From positions 69,491 through 133,490 of the forward strand of contig NW_019218343.1 of the NCBI RefSeq assembly GCF_002571385.2: a DNA stretch of 64,000 bases, given 5' to 3'. A program made the position numbers and the translations under genes. The notes beneath the pieces are model-generated. The model was not told where the DNA came from and did not search any database. It saw nothing but the letters and a program-made list of their open reading frames with translations. This DNA comes from Stylophora pistillata (Eukaryota). Below, piece after piece: positions 12,621-23,584 of the stretch. The stretch's first letter is position 1, and each line of letters opens with the position of its first letter.

Positions 12621-14379
12621 TCACGAGAACTGCGCGATGGAACTTCAAGACAACTATGTTTTCGTTTGAGTGACGTTGACGTGACCTTGCTTAACTTTGT
12701 ATGAAGTTAACCTTAAAACAAAACTAGTTTTCGCGATCATCGGCACACTTTTGCCAAATCAACCAATGATGACAAGGTATTGCTCCTTACACCAGGAATA
12801 CCGTGACCTTCGCTGTCTCGAGTTACTTCTTTAAACACAGAATTTCTCTTCACCACTTTGAGTCTTAATTATTGTTCTGATTGGGAGAATTTGAATGAAA
12901 CGCGATACGGATCTCTGTGGGTGTTGACGGTTGTCAGTTTGGCTACAGTTCAACGTGAACCAACACTACATGCTAGGCTTTGATAGTCCCATTCTATGCC
13001 ATTTTGGATTTATATAAACTCACTATGGTCAAAATGAATGCTTACAGTCTCGACCTTCACACACGTGAGTTCAGAAATGTTCAGCGTAGAAATAGGTAAT
13101 CTCACCTACTCGTAAGTTATCTCAGTATGTATCATGGTTTTATTACCCTCGCACAACACCCCTTTGGCTCAGTACACAGCAATTAAACGTTGCAACCGTC
13201 GGGGTTTCCTTGTTTAATTTGTGTCATTTACAACCACCTACGGTGGAATATAAGCTTCTCGAGATTTCTGTTTACTTCACAACCACTCGTCACGCAGTAC
13301 TCGTCACGTTTGAACATGTTTTCACGTCAATCACGCAGTGCAAGGGCTATTCAACTCATTTTTCTCTACCACACCCCCAAATCCTCCTTCATCTCCACCT
13401 TTTCCTTGCCCCCACATTGTGCGCCGGTTATCCAAGAATTAAAAGCTCTTTTTTAGGTTAAAAGTTTCTATCCACTTAGCTGTCTAGACAATCACGACAG
13501 ATCAGTTAGCCACCGTGCTAGATAATGTGTGTGAAAATCTTGGAAGTATAAGACAAAAATGCACTAATATTTTTGATATTTACCGCAAATCCGCTATGCC
13601 GGGTTCCGGTTTCTGATCCAGGGGGTTATGGTTTTACGTGAATGTGACTGTGCTAAAAGGAGGTAAAAAAACAAAGTCAATATAACTGACCCTACTAAGC
13701 AGAATTTCGACCTTCTTTTTTTCTTTGTCTTGGAACGATAACATTAATGCTAGCGTTGCTAATACATGCTTTGCTACTTGCTATGAGATCTTTTTTACGT
13801 TAAATGAATTGAACAAGACAGAAAATAAAAGGCAAAAGCGTTCTATACTTAAGGGAATTATTTTTAACGCACTTTTAAAAAAGAAGGTATAATATTAAAT
13901 GTGACTATTCCACATTGGTAATCAACCAAGAGATTACACTAAGATTACGTTTTCCCAAATTAAATTTATTTTGTCGCCTCAAGTAGATTAAAGGTGCAAA
14001 AAGATCCTAACGGAAGGCTTACAGAGGTATTTCAATCTAGTTAACCCCAAAGTAATAGCCGGGAGGTCAGCTTTTTACCAAAGTATTTAGTTGCAAGTTC
14101 ATAACAAACTATAAAACACGAATAAAGATAAGCGGGCATCTGGAGTCAAAGCCCCCGTCTAGATAGTGTCTTGTCAATTTAGGATGTTTTTCATTTCAAT
14201 AAGATAACCATAGCTACTAACATTTGCCGTTCTTAAGCTAATAACTCTCTTCCATGAGGATTCGAACGCCAGACCATCTAATTTCACTGATACGATCGAA
14301 GGCCGCTGATGCTCGGTTCATTATCACGTAATAAACAACTCTCTTGTATATTCGTCTGCGCGTGGATATCACAGATAAG

Positions 14380-15030
14380 TGCAAAACTTACAACCGTAGC
14401 TATGAATATGATTATTTTAATACTCTTCGCGCTCATAAGACGAAAATATGAGCGAAATTGTTTCTATAATTGTATGCAGCCAGCCCCTAAACACTTTATA
14501 GTAGACATATTTTTATCTGCCATCTATACAGTTACTTGTTGACACTGCTGAGACCCAACTTTTGTCTGTTTGGGATAATACGACTGAGGCACGTGCATCT
14601 GTGATTTCTTCTGTATTTTCATCCTCTTACAACGATTTCCTTGATAGCAACAGCAACTATCAATACATGCAGACCTACTATCGTACCCTAAAAACGTAGA
14701 ACCATGGTGTTTGGCTAAACGAAGCGTCATAACTATGCAATACATCATGCTTATTAACAGAAAGGGTGAAAACGCACTTTCCTGGTCTAAAATTAATTGA
14801 CCAAAAGACGGAAACAGCCGAAGAAACCTTAATGATAGAACTGTATACGGTTGAATTGAAACCTGAACAAGAATCACTGCGTAGGTAAAACCTAAGGTCA
14901 TCTTTTATATTCCCGATGTCTTCCGAAAGGAATGCCCAATGGAAGGCTCCATTGTGGATAACGAGCGGAGCCAACAGGCAGATAGCATGATAGCGTCTCT
15001 AGCAAGTGAACTATAATTAGCACTTTTTGT
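14380..15030 (-). pseudogene. Possible highly decayed class A GPCR remnant
   Basis: Frameshifted minus-strand fragments occur in the right order: (E)RYHAIC (TM3-like, ~14975-14998), PFLLISMMYCIV (TM5-like) and KIIIFIATVVSFALIC (TM6-like). Confidence 0.35.
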
Positions 15031-15309
15031 TTTTGTTGACGGATATAATTAACCTAAACAGCTCGAATGAATCAAAATAATTTCTCTCGATTACGTAAAT
15101 TGGTGAAAAACATTAGCAATAACTCAACAACATAGCATTTTAAAAATCATCAAATGATTTGATCGATGCATGTCAGCTATTTTCACTCTCTTATGTTACC
15201 AGGACACTAGTATACCATTTATGGCAGAAGCTGCATTTTATAGCATGCATGAAATTTTGATCTTGATCGATTCAAATAACTAGACAGAGAAAAAGTTCGT
15301 TTGTTTTAA

Positions 15310-16768
15310 CGCTTTCCCTGGATTAGAATTCTGTTAGCATTCAAGGCTGTTGTCACAGTTTTACTCCAGAAAAAAAGGTGTTAAATGAGTTATCATTTTG
15401 GACTCTCTTTGGTGAACGACAATCTTGGCCGTGTGGCAGCCATATTAAGGGCATTTAAAGCCATAACGAGATAAGCAATTGTACACAATCTCTGTCTTAA
15501 AACAGTGATGCGTCTAGGACAGTTATTTCCTCTTGGATCGTCCTTCTTCTTTTTTTTTTTTTGCAGCTCTTCTTGGCGAGTCATTTCTCTCTTTTCCCGT
15601 TCGGTGATGAACTTCTCTGTTGCCGCCATTACTGATTTCTCAAGATAGTGATGGGAGATAAGTGTTTTCGCTGCACAAGCTGCACCTCCAGCCTGCCGAA
15701 ACATGACAATGCCTGTAGAGGGACTTAACTTCCTTTGTTGGGTTGGACTGTTGTATCATGGGAACGTCTAAAGAGTTTTGTCTTATTAACAGTCTACCGA
15801 CATCATCCACGCTAACCCTTCTGCTCTCTGCAAGCGGCGACCGAGATGACGAACGTGCGCGGAGACACGGCGAGTTATGAACACTGTCCAGCTCGAGACT
15901 CTTTTGTTTCGATTTGAAATCTGATGAGCCATCATGAGACTTCTTAATTTACCATCTGCCAGCGGTTCCTCATCCTGATTCGACTGGCTTGAATGTTCTT
16001 GCCAGTTGTGGTATACTCCATCATTTTCATGTTTTCCAAGTCAGACTTGATGATTGCCGTTCCTTCTGAAATCGTCTCAGCGCGCTATCGAGTTCCGGTG
16101 ACAGGGTACCAATTTGCTGCAACGTCTTCCTTGATTTTTCTCCTAAGAGTTGGTGTAAGACTTCCACCCACTATCGCCCTATGTAAATTTTCTGAGAATT
16201 TTCTCCTGAGATTTAGTGATTTCCTAACGGGAACTCGACTCGAGCTTTCCAATTCAGATCCAGAAACTGTGCCCCCATGTGAAAACGTCTGGGCACGTTT
16301 GCGCCCAGTACAAGGCGACAAATATACAGCCACGTCTTCTGAGAATTTTCTCTCAATGCTGAGAGATCTTTGAACTACATCAGGCAGGTGTGGCTTACGG
16401 ATATGTGCTACGTTCCCTTGAGCTTCGGAGTTATGCGCAAATCTGCTTGCAGGCCAACTGGCTTTTATTTCTGAGTTGCCCTTTGCTGCTAAAGTTGGTG
16501 AACTTAGGGTATTGTTGTGTGTGTTGTTGTTAACCGCGTTATTTTCTTGTAAAACCATTCTGGCTGCCAACAAAGAAGATTTTCTGTGTCGTCTGATGTC
16601 GTTAATGGTTTCCTCGGCGATTTGTCTCTCGCGACGTATATTTTTCATTTCTTTGTTGTGTTCTTTTTCGAATCGCTCAATCTCCATCTGGAGCAAGTTG
16701 TCCTCATTGGCATTGAGACGCTTCGCTTTTTCGGCCCTCTTTGAGAGAGTCAAACTACTCGCATACAT
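15310..16768 (-). pseudogene. CCDC190-like array member A; 227-aa ORF followed by an in-frame TAG and frameshifted continuation
   Basis: N-terminal coiled-coil LNANEDNLLQMEIERFEKEHNKEMKNIRRERQ. Coding-like sequence continues past the TAG at 16085-16087 (RAETISEG...) and through ORF 15393-15704 (FRQAGGAACAAKTLI, MTRQEELQK), similar to motifs in the 30459 paralog. Confidence 0.65.
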
Positions 16769-16789
16769 TGTGATCAGCAGCTCCTGAAC

Positions 16790-17153
16790 TAGACTTTCTC
16801 AAAGTCCGTTTTTATGGGAGTCCAGTGGGGCGGAATACGCGATTCCGTAGCTCGTTCCTCTGACTTCGTCGCTCGTCCCTCTGACTTCGTCGCTCGTTCC
16901 TCTGACTTCGTCGCTCGTTCCTCTGACTTTCGTCGCTCGTTCCTCTGACTTCGTCGCTCGTTCCTCTGACTTCGTCGCTCGTTCCTCTGACTTCGTCGCT
17001 CGTTCCTCTGACTTTCGTCGCTCGTTCCTCTGACTTCGTCGCTCGTTCCTCTGACTTCGTCGCTCGTTCCTCTGACTTCGTCGCTCGTTCCTCTGACTTC
17101 GTCGCTCGTTTTTCTCAAAGACTAGCATAAAAAGACGACTTGGGGCGAGTCTG
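16790..17153. mobile_element. MITE with imperfect ~28-bp TIRs, a 9-bp TSD (Mutator-like) and an internal 21-bp tandem array
   Basis: Left end TAGACTTTCTCAAAGTCCGTTTTTATG versus reverse complement of right end CAGACTCGCCCCAAGTCGTCTTTTTATG. Flanks are CTCCTGAAC (16781-16789) and CTCCTAAAC (17154-17162). Confidence 0.7.
16850..17110. repeat. 21-bp minisatellite (CGTCGCTCGTTCCTCTGACTT), ~12 copies
   Basis: Near-perfect tandem units seen directly. Confidence 0.95.
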
Positions 17154-18435
17154 CTCCTAAACTTGAATCCCTAAGGACATTTACTTTTTTTTGTCTTGTT
17201 GGTTACTCAACAGAAAGCAACAAGTGAATCCAACTTCGCAAAAATCAACGCAACCGTGTACAAAACAAGTGTACAAACTCTGAGAACGGAAAATACATAA
17301 CATAACTTACTATGCTAATATCGCAGACTTTATGAAATTTCACGAGTTGTTGTTAAGTGTTTTGAAATGAATTTTGCAAGGCAAACATCTAACCGTTGTA
17401 TCTTAGTATTGCCTTTTACATATAAATTTATCGGCCTCCTACCACAATATAATACAGTAACGGACCATGACACTACATAAATAAAAAAAAATAAAAAAAA
17501 AAATTCTGTGTATTTTTTTCTTTTCCTTTCAACATGTCTTCTTCTTTCCGAAATTTTTGATTATTGAGGTAACCGAATGTAATCACTGTCTTGTCTTGTT
17601 TTGAATTGCTGCCTCAATTAAAGTTGTCCTGATAATTAACATATATTAAATCTGCAGCTAGCTGAACAATGAGTGATACATTTTCATCGATCCTTTAATT
17701 ACTTTCTCTGGCGGGACAACACCTCTGATACCGGGTAGTCAGTGTAAAATTAGCCAGAGTTAAGCTTGTTGTACCACCATGGTATCCCTTCCTATGTGCT
17801 GTAACTTATAGTCTCTGGTGATATCAGAGAAGTATTTGCTCTCATTGGTCAATGATTCACGATCTACGCAATGTCTTGCTCCAATATGCCTCGCGAGTCG
17901 ATAGTTTGCCATGTAACATTTTCAACGTGGTCTCATTTTATATTCTTATGAAAAAAGGAAACAAACTGATTTGCAGTGACAAAAATAAATAAATAAATTT
18001 TTCTTTTGTTGAAAAGATGATTACCGACTATTTAGAACTACGCAAAAACAGCGTCTGTCCAGGTTCAGCGAATGCTATGGAGTAATCGACTTTTCGGCCT
18101 CTTCTACAGAGAACACTGCTATGAAATAAAGCATATTTGACAGTAAACCTCAAGTATCGCTAATTTAATGTTATTCAAAACTTTAAAAATACAACGCAGT
18201 TAAGTTTGTTTACATAGACGTCCAGTTTACCAAAATTCGTACACACGAAGAAGTGCTAAATTTAATCATGTGTCTTTTGAAAATCCTCATTTGGCGAGCA
18301 AATAATCGAATACCAAGAAACACTTGGAAAGCAAATGGAGGGCAAATATTGTCAGACAAAAAAAAAATTCAATATGAGCTTCTCAATCTTGTCTGATATC
18401 AGCATCATTCTAAACATCAACCTAGCACTGTAATG

Positions 18436-19611
18436 TTAGTCCTCTACATCACTGCTTCTCAGGTATCTGCAGTAACGAAGCTCGTCAAATGGTCCTGACA
18501 CAGGTTCGTTTTCTTTCCAGTGAGTAGCAATTGGCAGTGCTGCTGAAGACACTCGTTTGCCACTAACGACATGATTCGCTGACCCGATAAATTCGGATAC
18601 GTCAGAGTTCAGGTTTTCTTTAAGTTTTATATCTTTTAACTGACTTGGGTCACAAGGAAGAGACGAACTTCGTGTTCTGGTAAGAAGAATTTTCGGTCTC
18701 GTATTATTATGATCAATAACCCCCTTTGGCTCTCTGTCATCACCTTTCTTCAGAGGGGTATCGCTTCCGCATGTGATTTCAGAATTCCCTAAGGATTTTT
18801 CCTGATCTGGTTTATTTTCTTCGTCAGGATCACTATTGATATCCTTGTCATTGAGAGAATTTTCAGCTTTAAGAATTTTACGACGCAGCTGTGGACTTAA
18901 CTTTCCTTTGGCACTCGTCAAGTAATCGGAACGTGACGAAGAAATTGGAAGATCATTAACTGAAAGTCTGTCGGTTCTTCGTTGTCTCGCAGTTTCTGAA
19001 CTTTGAAGTTGCTTTCTTCGCAAAGTATCTTTAGCAGAACTAGGTTTCACAAAAGCCTCTCTTGGCAAAGAGGATGAAATACCTGTCCTCGGCAGCGAAG
19101 CAGGGATCGGAAACGCTCGGCTCTCTTTCGGACCTCCAGGTAGAAACGTTGGAGGATGTGGTAACGAGAAACGCCGGACTCTGGTAGATGCACGATTTGG
19201 AACTTCTAGATGTTCGGAACGAGTATTGTGGATCCCTGGCAATGACGCTTTGGAATTGCTCTTTATCCGTTCCTCCACGCTTGATTGCAATTTGTTGTCG
19301 AACATCATTGTACTTCCTTCTCGGCGATCGTCATGTACTGACTTTCCTCCTTCTACTTCACCTTCTCTCCTTGCACCACGATGGAAATTAGCTATTTCAG
19401 AATTGGGGCGCATTTGCATTCTTTCTTGTGCCAAATTTCTCATAGAGTGGCGAACTTTCTCCTGCATGTTCTGGATCTCAGCCAAGCGACTGGCGTACTC
19501 TTTGTCAAACTTTTCAAACGTTTTCCTAAGCTGGTTGCTATCACGCGATACAATGTCACGAACCCGCTTGTTGAACTCGATTTTTTTTGTCGTCCTTCGA
19601 CTGTGCGACAT
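18436..19611 (-). CDS. CCDC190-like array member B, intact, 391 aa
   Basis: Long single-exon ORF with an N-terminal coiled-coil (RDSNQLRKTFEKFDKEYASRLAEIQNMQEKVRHSMRNL), an S/R/P-rich linker and C-terminal FDELRYCRYLRSSDVED. Confidence 0.85.
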   Translation of the reverse strand: MSHSRRTTKKIEFNKRVRDIVSRDSNQLRKTFEKFDKEYASRLAEIQNMQEKVRHSMRNLAQERMQMRPNSEIANFHRGARREGEVEGGKSVHDDRREGSTMMFDNKLQSSVEERIKSNSKASLPGIHNTRSEHLEVPNRASTRVRRFSLPHPPTFLPGGPKESRAFPIPASLPRTGISSSLPREAFVKPSSAKDTLRRKQLQSSETARQRRTDRLSVNDLPISSSRSDYLTSAKGKLSPQLRRKILKAENSLNDKDINSDPDEENKPDQEKSLGNSEITCGSDTPLKKGDDREPKGVIDHNNTRPKILLTRTRSSSLPCDPSQLKDIKLKENLNSDVSEFIGSANHVVSGKRVSSAALPIATHWKENEPVSGPFDELRYCRYLRSSDVED

Positions 19612-21171
19612 GATGAATAAGAAACCCCACTTCGTTTTAGCTCAGCGCGGTTATGTCAAACAACTGACAACAAGTTGAATGCCTTTTGATTCAAATTATT
19701 GTAAAAGACTTGCATCTATTAAATAGCATTTATCGCTCTGTTTATCTGAATGTTGCGTTTTGCGTCGCGTTGACACGTAAAGGAGTTGATAGCGTGTCAC
19801 TTACAAATTCGTGTGTGTCTAAACAAATTTGACAGAAATGTCATTGATTTTACTGAATTGAGCAAGCAGAGGCCAGCTATATACGGATTTGCGTAATAAG
19901 CTGAGTAAACATTAGTGTTAGTTATGAAAGAACTATTAGCATAGTGATTAGCATAGCACTATTAACATAGCTTCATGATGTAAAAGTTGTAATTACGTAT
20001 ATGTGACTTGTAGCCAAGTTTGCCTTCGAAAATCTGGCACCAAACGAAATTAACAAGACTATACCCAAACGCCCTCGCAAATAAGAACTCTTTCAACGGG
20101 TTGTTAAGAGTAGTGTCGAAGTTTCCCGACTGTGTTGTTTTCAAAGCTCTATCGGACGCTTTCCTTATCTCCTCGCTCTAACGCGTTTTGATTGGTCTTG
20201 TGACATAAACAGTTCCTTACAAATACTACTTTTTCCTGTCTAGAACTACCTCATTAGATGGATAACTTGGTTTCCATAATTCGATCAAGCTTATACTCTT
20301 TCGAAATTGGTATCGTGGCCATCGGACGGATGTAAGGAATTGTTATAATCATTTCAAAAAGAAAATAATTTCCGCTGGGATTAAGAAGTGCTTGAATGGC
20401 TAATTGCCATAGAAAATTCTAAATTGCGAGGAGAGAAGAACAAAAACAAAAAAAAATTGATGGTTCAATGAATGGAGACTCAGACATTGTAGTTCTTACA
20501 TTTTGCGAAATCGGCATTTTGAGTAACTCTGTGTGGTTGTTTACGGAACTACGGGTAATTACAATGTTCTAATTTACCGCCCACAGGATATGATTACCAA
20601 GTAAACATTATTTTTGGAACAAACAGAACAGTTTAGATAAGAGATTTAAACCGTCGCATTGAGTCAATAAAGCAAATTAAAAATTTAGGTATACTGTTTT
20701 AACACAAACAAATTAATTGCTGTCAAACAAATTAAGTAGGGGCAAGAATAGCTTCGTCACGGTATATGTGCACCTTTTAGAATCAAAGCTTTATTTTGAA
20801 GTTTGTAATTTGCAATCAGTTTTTAACTCCCCTTCATCCTTTGTCATCCTTGTTCTCTCTTGGTTTATTAGAGCGCTTTTCGATTAAATGTCATAAAACT
20901 AAAACCAAAGTGATTACAAAGGCCAATCAGCAGAACGAAGAAAACCTTGAAGAGCCAATGAGAGCTCAAAGTAAAAACAAGCAAACCGCCTAAGGTGCGG
21001 GAAAACGCGTCGTTTTAGTCGTGATTGGTGTTAGTTTTGCATCCGCAGGTCAAGCGAATGGCGCGAGTTTTCTGGATAAATCACGGATCATACTAAAGCA
21101 AAACCAGTGCAAACTTGAACTATTTGAAAATTGCTCTATTGTCTCAATTGTGTATTTCCATCTTATCAAAC

Positions 21172-21321
21172 TGAAGGGGGTAAGTTTTTAAAGAAACTGT
21201 GGTGGTACGTCGGTTGGGATAAGAAGGTAATTTGGTTATCGACTAAATTGAAATTGTAAATTAGCCACCTGAACGGGTTAAAAAACTGATGTTTCGAGCG
21301 TCAGCCCTTCGTCAAAGCGAA
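21172..21321 (-). mobile_element. PLE-type terminal repeat / retrozyme-like fragment with a degenerate hammerhead
   Basis: Minus strand TTGACGAAGGGCTGACGCTCGAAACATC; homologous to the copies at 22829-23102, 37081-37155 and 40997-41147. Confidence 0.65.
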
Positions 21322-21368
21322 GTACTCATTTACAGTTTCAATCCCTAGTTTCTTTTCGTGTTATCTTT

Positions 21369-21432
21369 GCCTCTTTGGTGCCTCTTTGGTGCCTCTTTGG
21401 TGCCTCTTTGGTGCCTCTTTGGTGCCTCTTTG
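21369..21432. repeat. 11-bp tandem repeat (GCCTCTTTGGT) x ~6
   Basis: Seen directly. Confidence 0.9.
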
Positions 21433-22828
21433 ATGCTTGTCTACCCGGACTCTTTAGTCCTCAATCCTGAACTATTTTTCAAAAGTTTTCGTACAATCAA
21501 TACATGATGATTTAATTTCTACAAATCAAATAAAACCTCTGAACAGCAAGAATCTCTGAAATCTTCTCTGAAAGAATTTTAACATCGTAATAGGTTTACT
21601 CTTGCAAAAGAGATAGCAGTATTAAATCGATCGCGATTCGCGTATAGTCTCGCTCGCAACTATTTCTATGCGCCTGTACGAAGTGGATTTTCACCTCATT
21701 TCTTTAAACTTACTCTGAAGATTATGTTCCCTCAAGCGAGAACAACCGTTAACTCTGAAAAAAAATTTAATTGATTTTAGAACTATTCTCTCACATTACA
21801 TCCCTAGTACAAAGCAATAATCTAATCCTATTAAACCCATTAATTATCGCAGAATAAAAAATAATAATAGCAATAATGATCCTAGTTGAAGGCCCTTTCT
21901 TCCAGGTGGCTGTTATTAGCACGTAGGCCAATATCAACTTTTTGGGCTGTTACTGAAATAATGAGCTGGTAGAAGCCAAATTTAAATCCTCAACAAAGGC
22001 TTCCATTCAAGTATTCAAAGTTAACAAAAACAACCCTGCCTGGAGGAGGTTCTTATTCGTTATATTAATTGCCAGCTTTATAATCAGGACATTAGAGGTA
22101 TGCAAACAAAACACAATCAGAACCTTTATGTTCACGTAGCTTTTGGCTAAGTTTTTCTTTTTGAGCTAATATGGAATTCGAACTTGGGCGAACCTCTACG
22201 AGGAGTCAAGTCAAGAAAAGCGAATTGCCTTCCGATATGCCATGCCTAGCCATGTCGTGCAATCGACAGAATAATGATTTACGTCACACGCCAAGCCAAT
22301 TTGAGAAAGAAAAGTTAAAGCAGATGAAAAGCATCGAGGGTGACCTCTGGGAGTTGCAAAGGTTTATGCAAGAGCTAAAGTGCGTCACCGCACTGATTTC
22401 TGCAGAAGACATACGGAATGGGCAGAAAGTGTCTTACAAAGAACGATCGCTTGACGGAACTGGAAAGAGTGAGGCAACTCTGCACACAAATAACTTTCAA
22501 CGTGAAGATGTGAGACTACATGGCGATGAAAAGATATTTTTTTTAACTCGCCAAATGGCTCCACCGACGAGAATCAAATGGAAAGAGCAAAGAACAGTTA
22601 TTCGTTCACAGATTTATCACGCCAACAGAGAGAAAGAAAATGTTCCTTTTCTGAGAAAGTCTGTGAGCGAAGACGCAGCTACAGCGTCGGTAAAATGCAA
22701 TTAGATTCACTAAACCACCTAAGGACAATTGCTGGTTACAAGCCAACGCTGTTTAGGAGGAGGAGGTTAATGGATGTCGTTACAATAGCGGCTGGTAAAA
22801 CGATTGTGAACCAACCAACTCATAAAAA

Positions 22829-23102
22829 TGATAAAGGCTGATAGTTTCTAAAGAAACTATTTGGGGCTGCGTCGGTGGGGGTAACGAAATAGTTTGGATA
22901 TATCAACAAAGTTGAAATGGTAAATTGGACACCGTAATGATTACAAAAGCTGACGTTTCGAGCGTTAGCCCTTCGTAGAAGCGAAGGGCTAGCGCTCGAA
23001 GAAGGGCTAACGCTCCGACGAAGGGCGAACGCTCGAAACGTCAGCTTCTGTAATCGTTACGGTGGCCAATTTACCATTTCAACTTTGTTGATATATCCAA
23101 AT
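22829..23102. mobile_element. Hammerhead-bearing PLE-type insertion with inverted arms and a 13-bp TSD
   Basis: TSD CAACTCATAAAAA at 22816-22828 and 23103-23115. Arms ~22893-22977 and ~23016-23101 are reverse complements. Hammerhead-like core CCGACGAAGGGCGAACGCTCGAAACGTC at ~23015-23042. Confidence 0.8.
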
Positions 23103-23459
23103 CAACTCATAAAAACCCTATTGTTCCACCTCCAATGTGGAGCGACAGAGTACATGCAGTTAGTGCTGGTTTTTACGAGCCACTGAATAGATCAGTCATT
23201 CCAGCAGAAAATGGCTCCAATGCTATTAACTTTGAGCATTTGAAATGAAGCGTGTCGCAAAGGCTTCGGGTGTCTAGCATAGCTTCTCCTGAAAGAGTCT
23301 TACCATTAGAACAGGTAGCTCTTCATAATCTTTCACAAGACAACCTTTCAGAACTTTAAAGAAACTATCAAAAACCGAACTCGCTGTCATCAAATGCGAG
23401 AGATTCAACCAATAACACCGTTAATCGCAGGCTATTAGTGCAACGTGGAACTCAAGAAA

Positions 23460-23584
23460 AATAATTTATTAAATGCTCGCCATTAAACCATTATTTATTA
23501 TTATATATTATTATTTATTAAACGCCGTTATCATTTATTAAACGCCATTATTATTTATTAAACGCCATTATTTATTAAACGCTC
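23460..23584. repeat. AT-rich ~21-bp tandem repeat (TTATTAAACGCCATTATTAT-like)
   Basis: Four to five degenerate units seen directly. Confidence 0.75.

Noticed and set aside
16789-17128. Repetitive ORFs (RGTSDEV / SEERATK)
   Set aside because: Translations of the 21-bp minisatellite inside a MITE.
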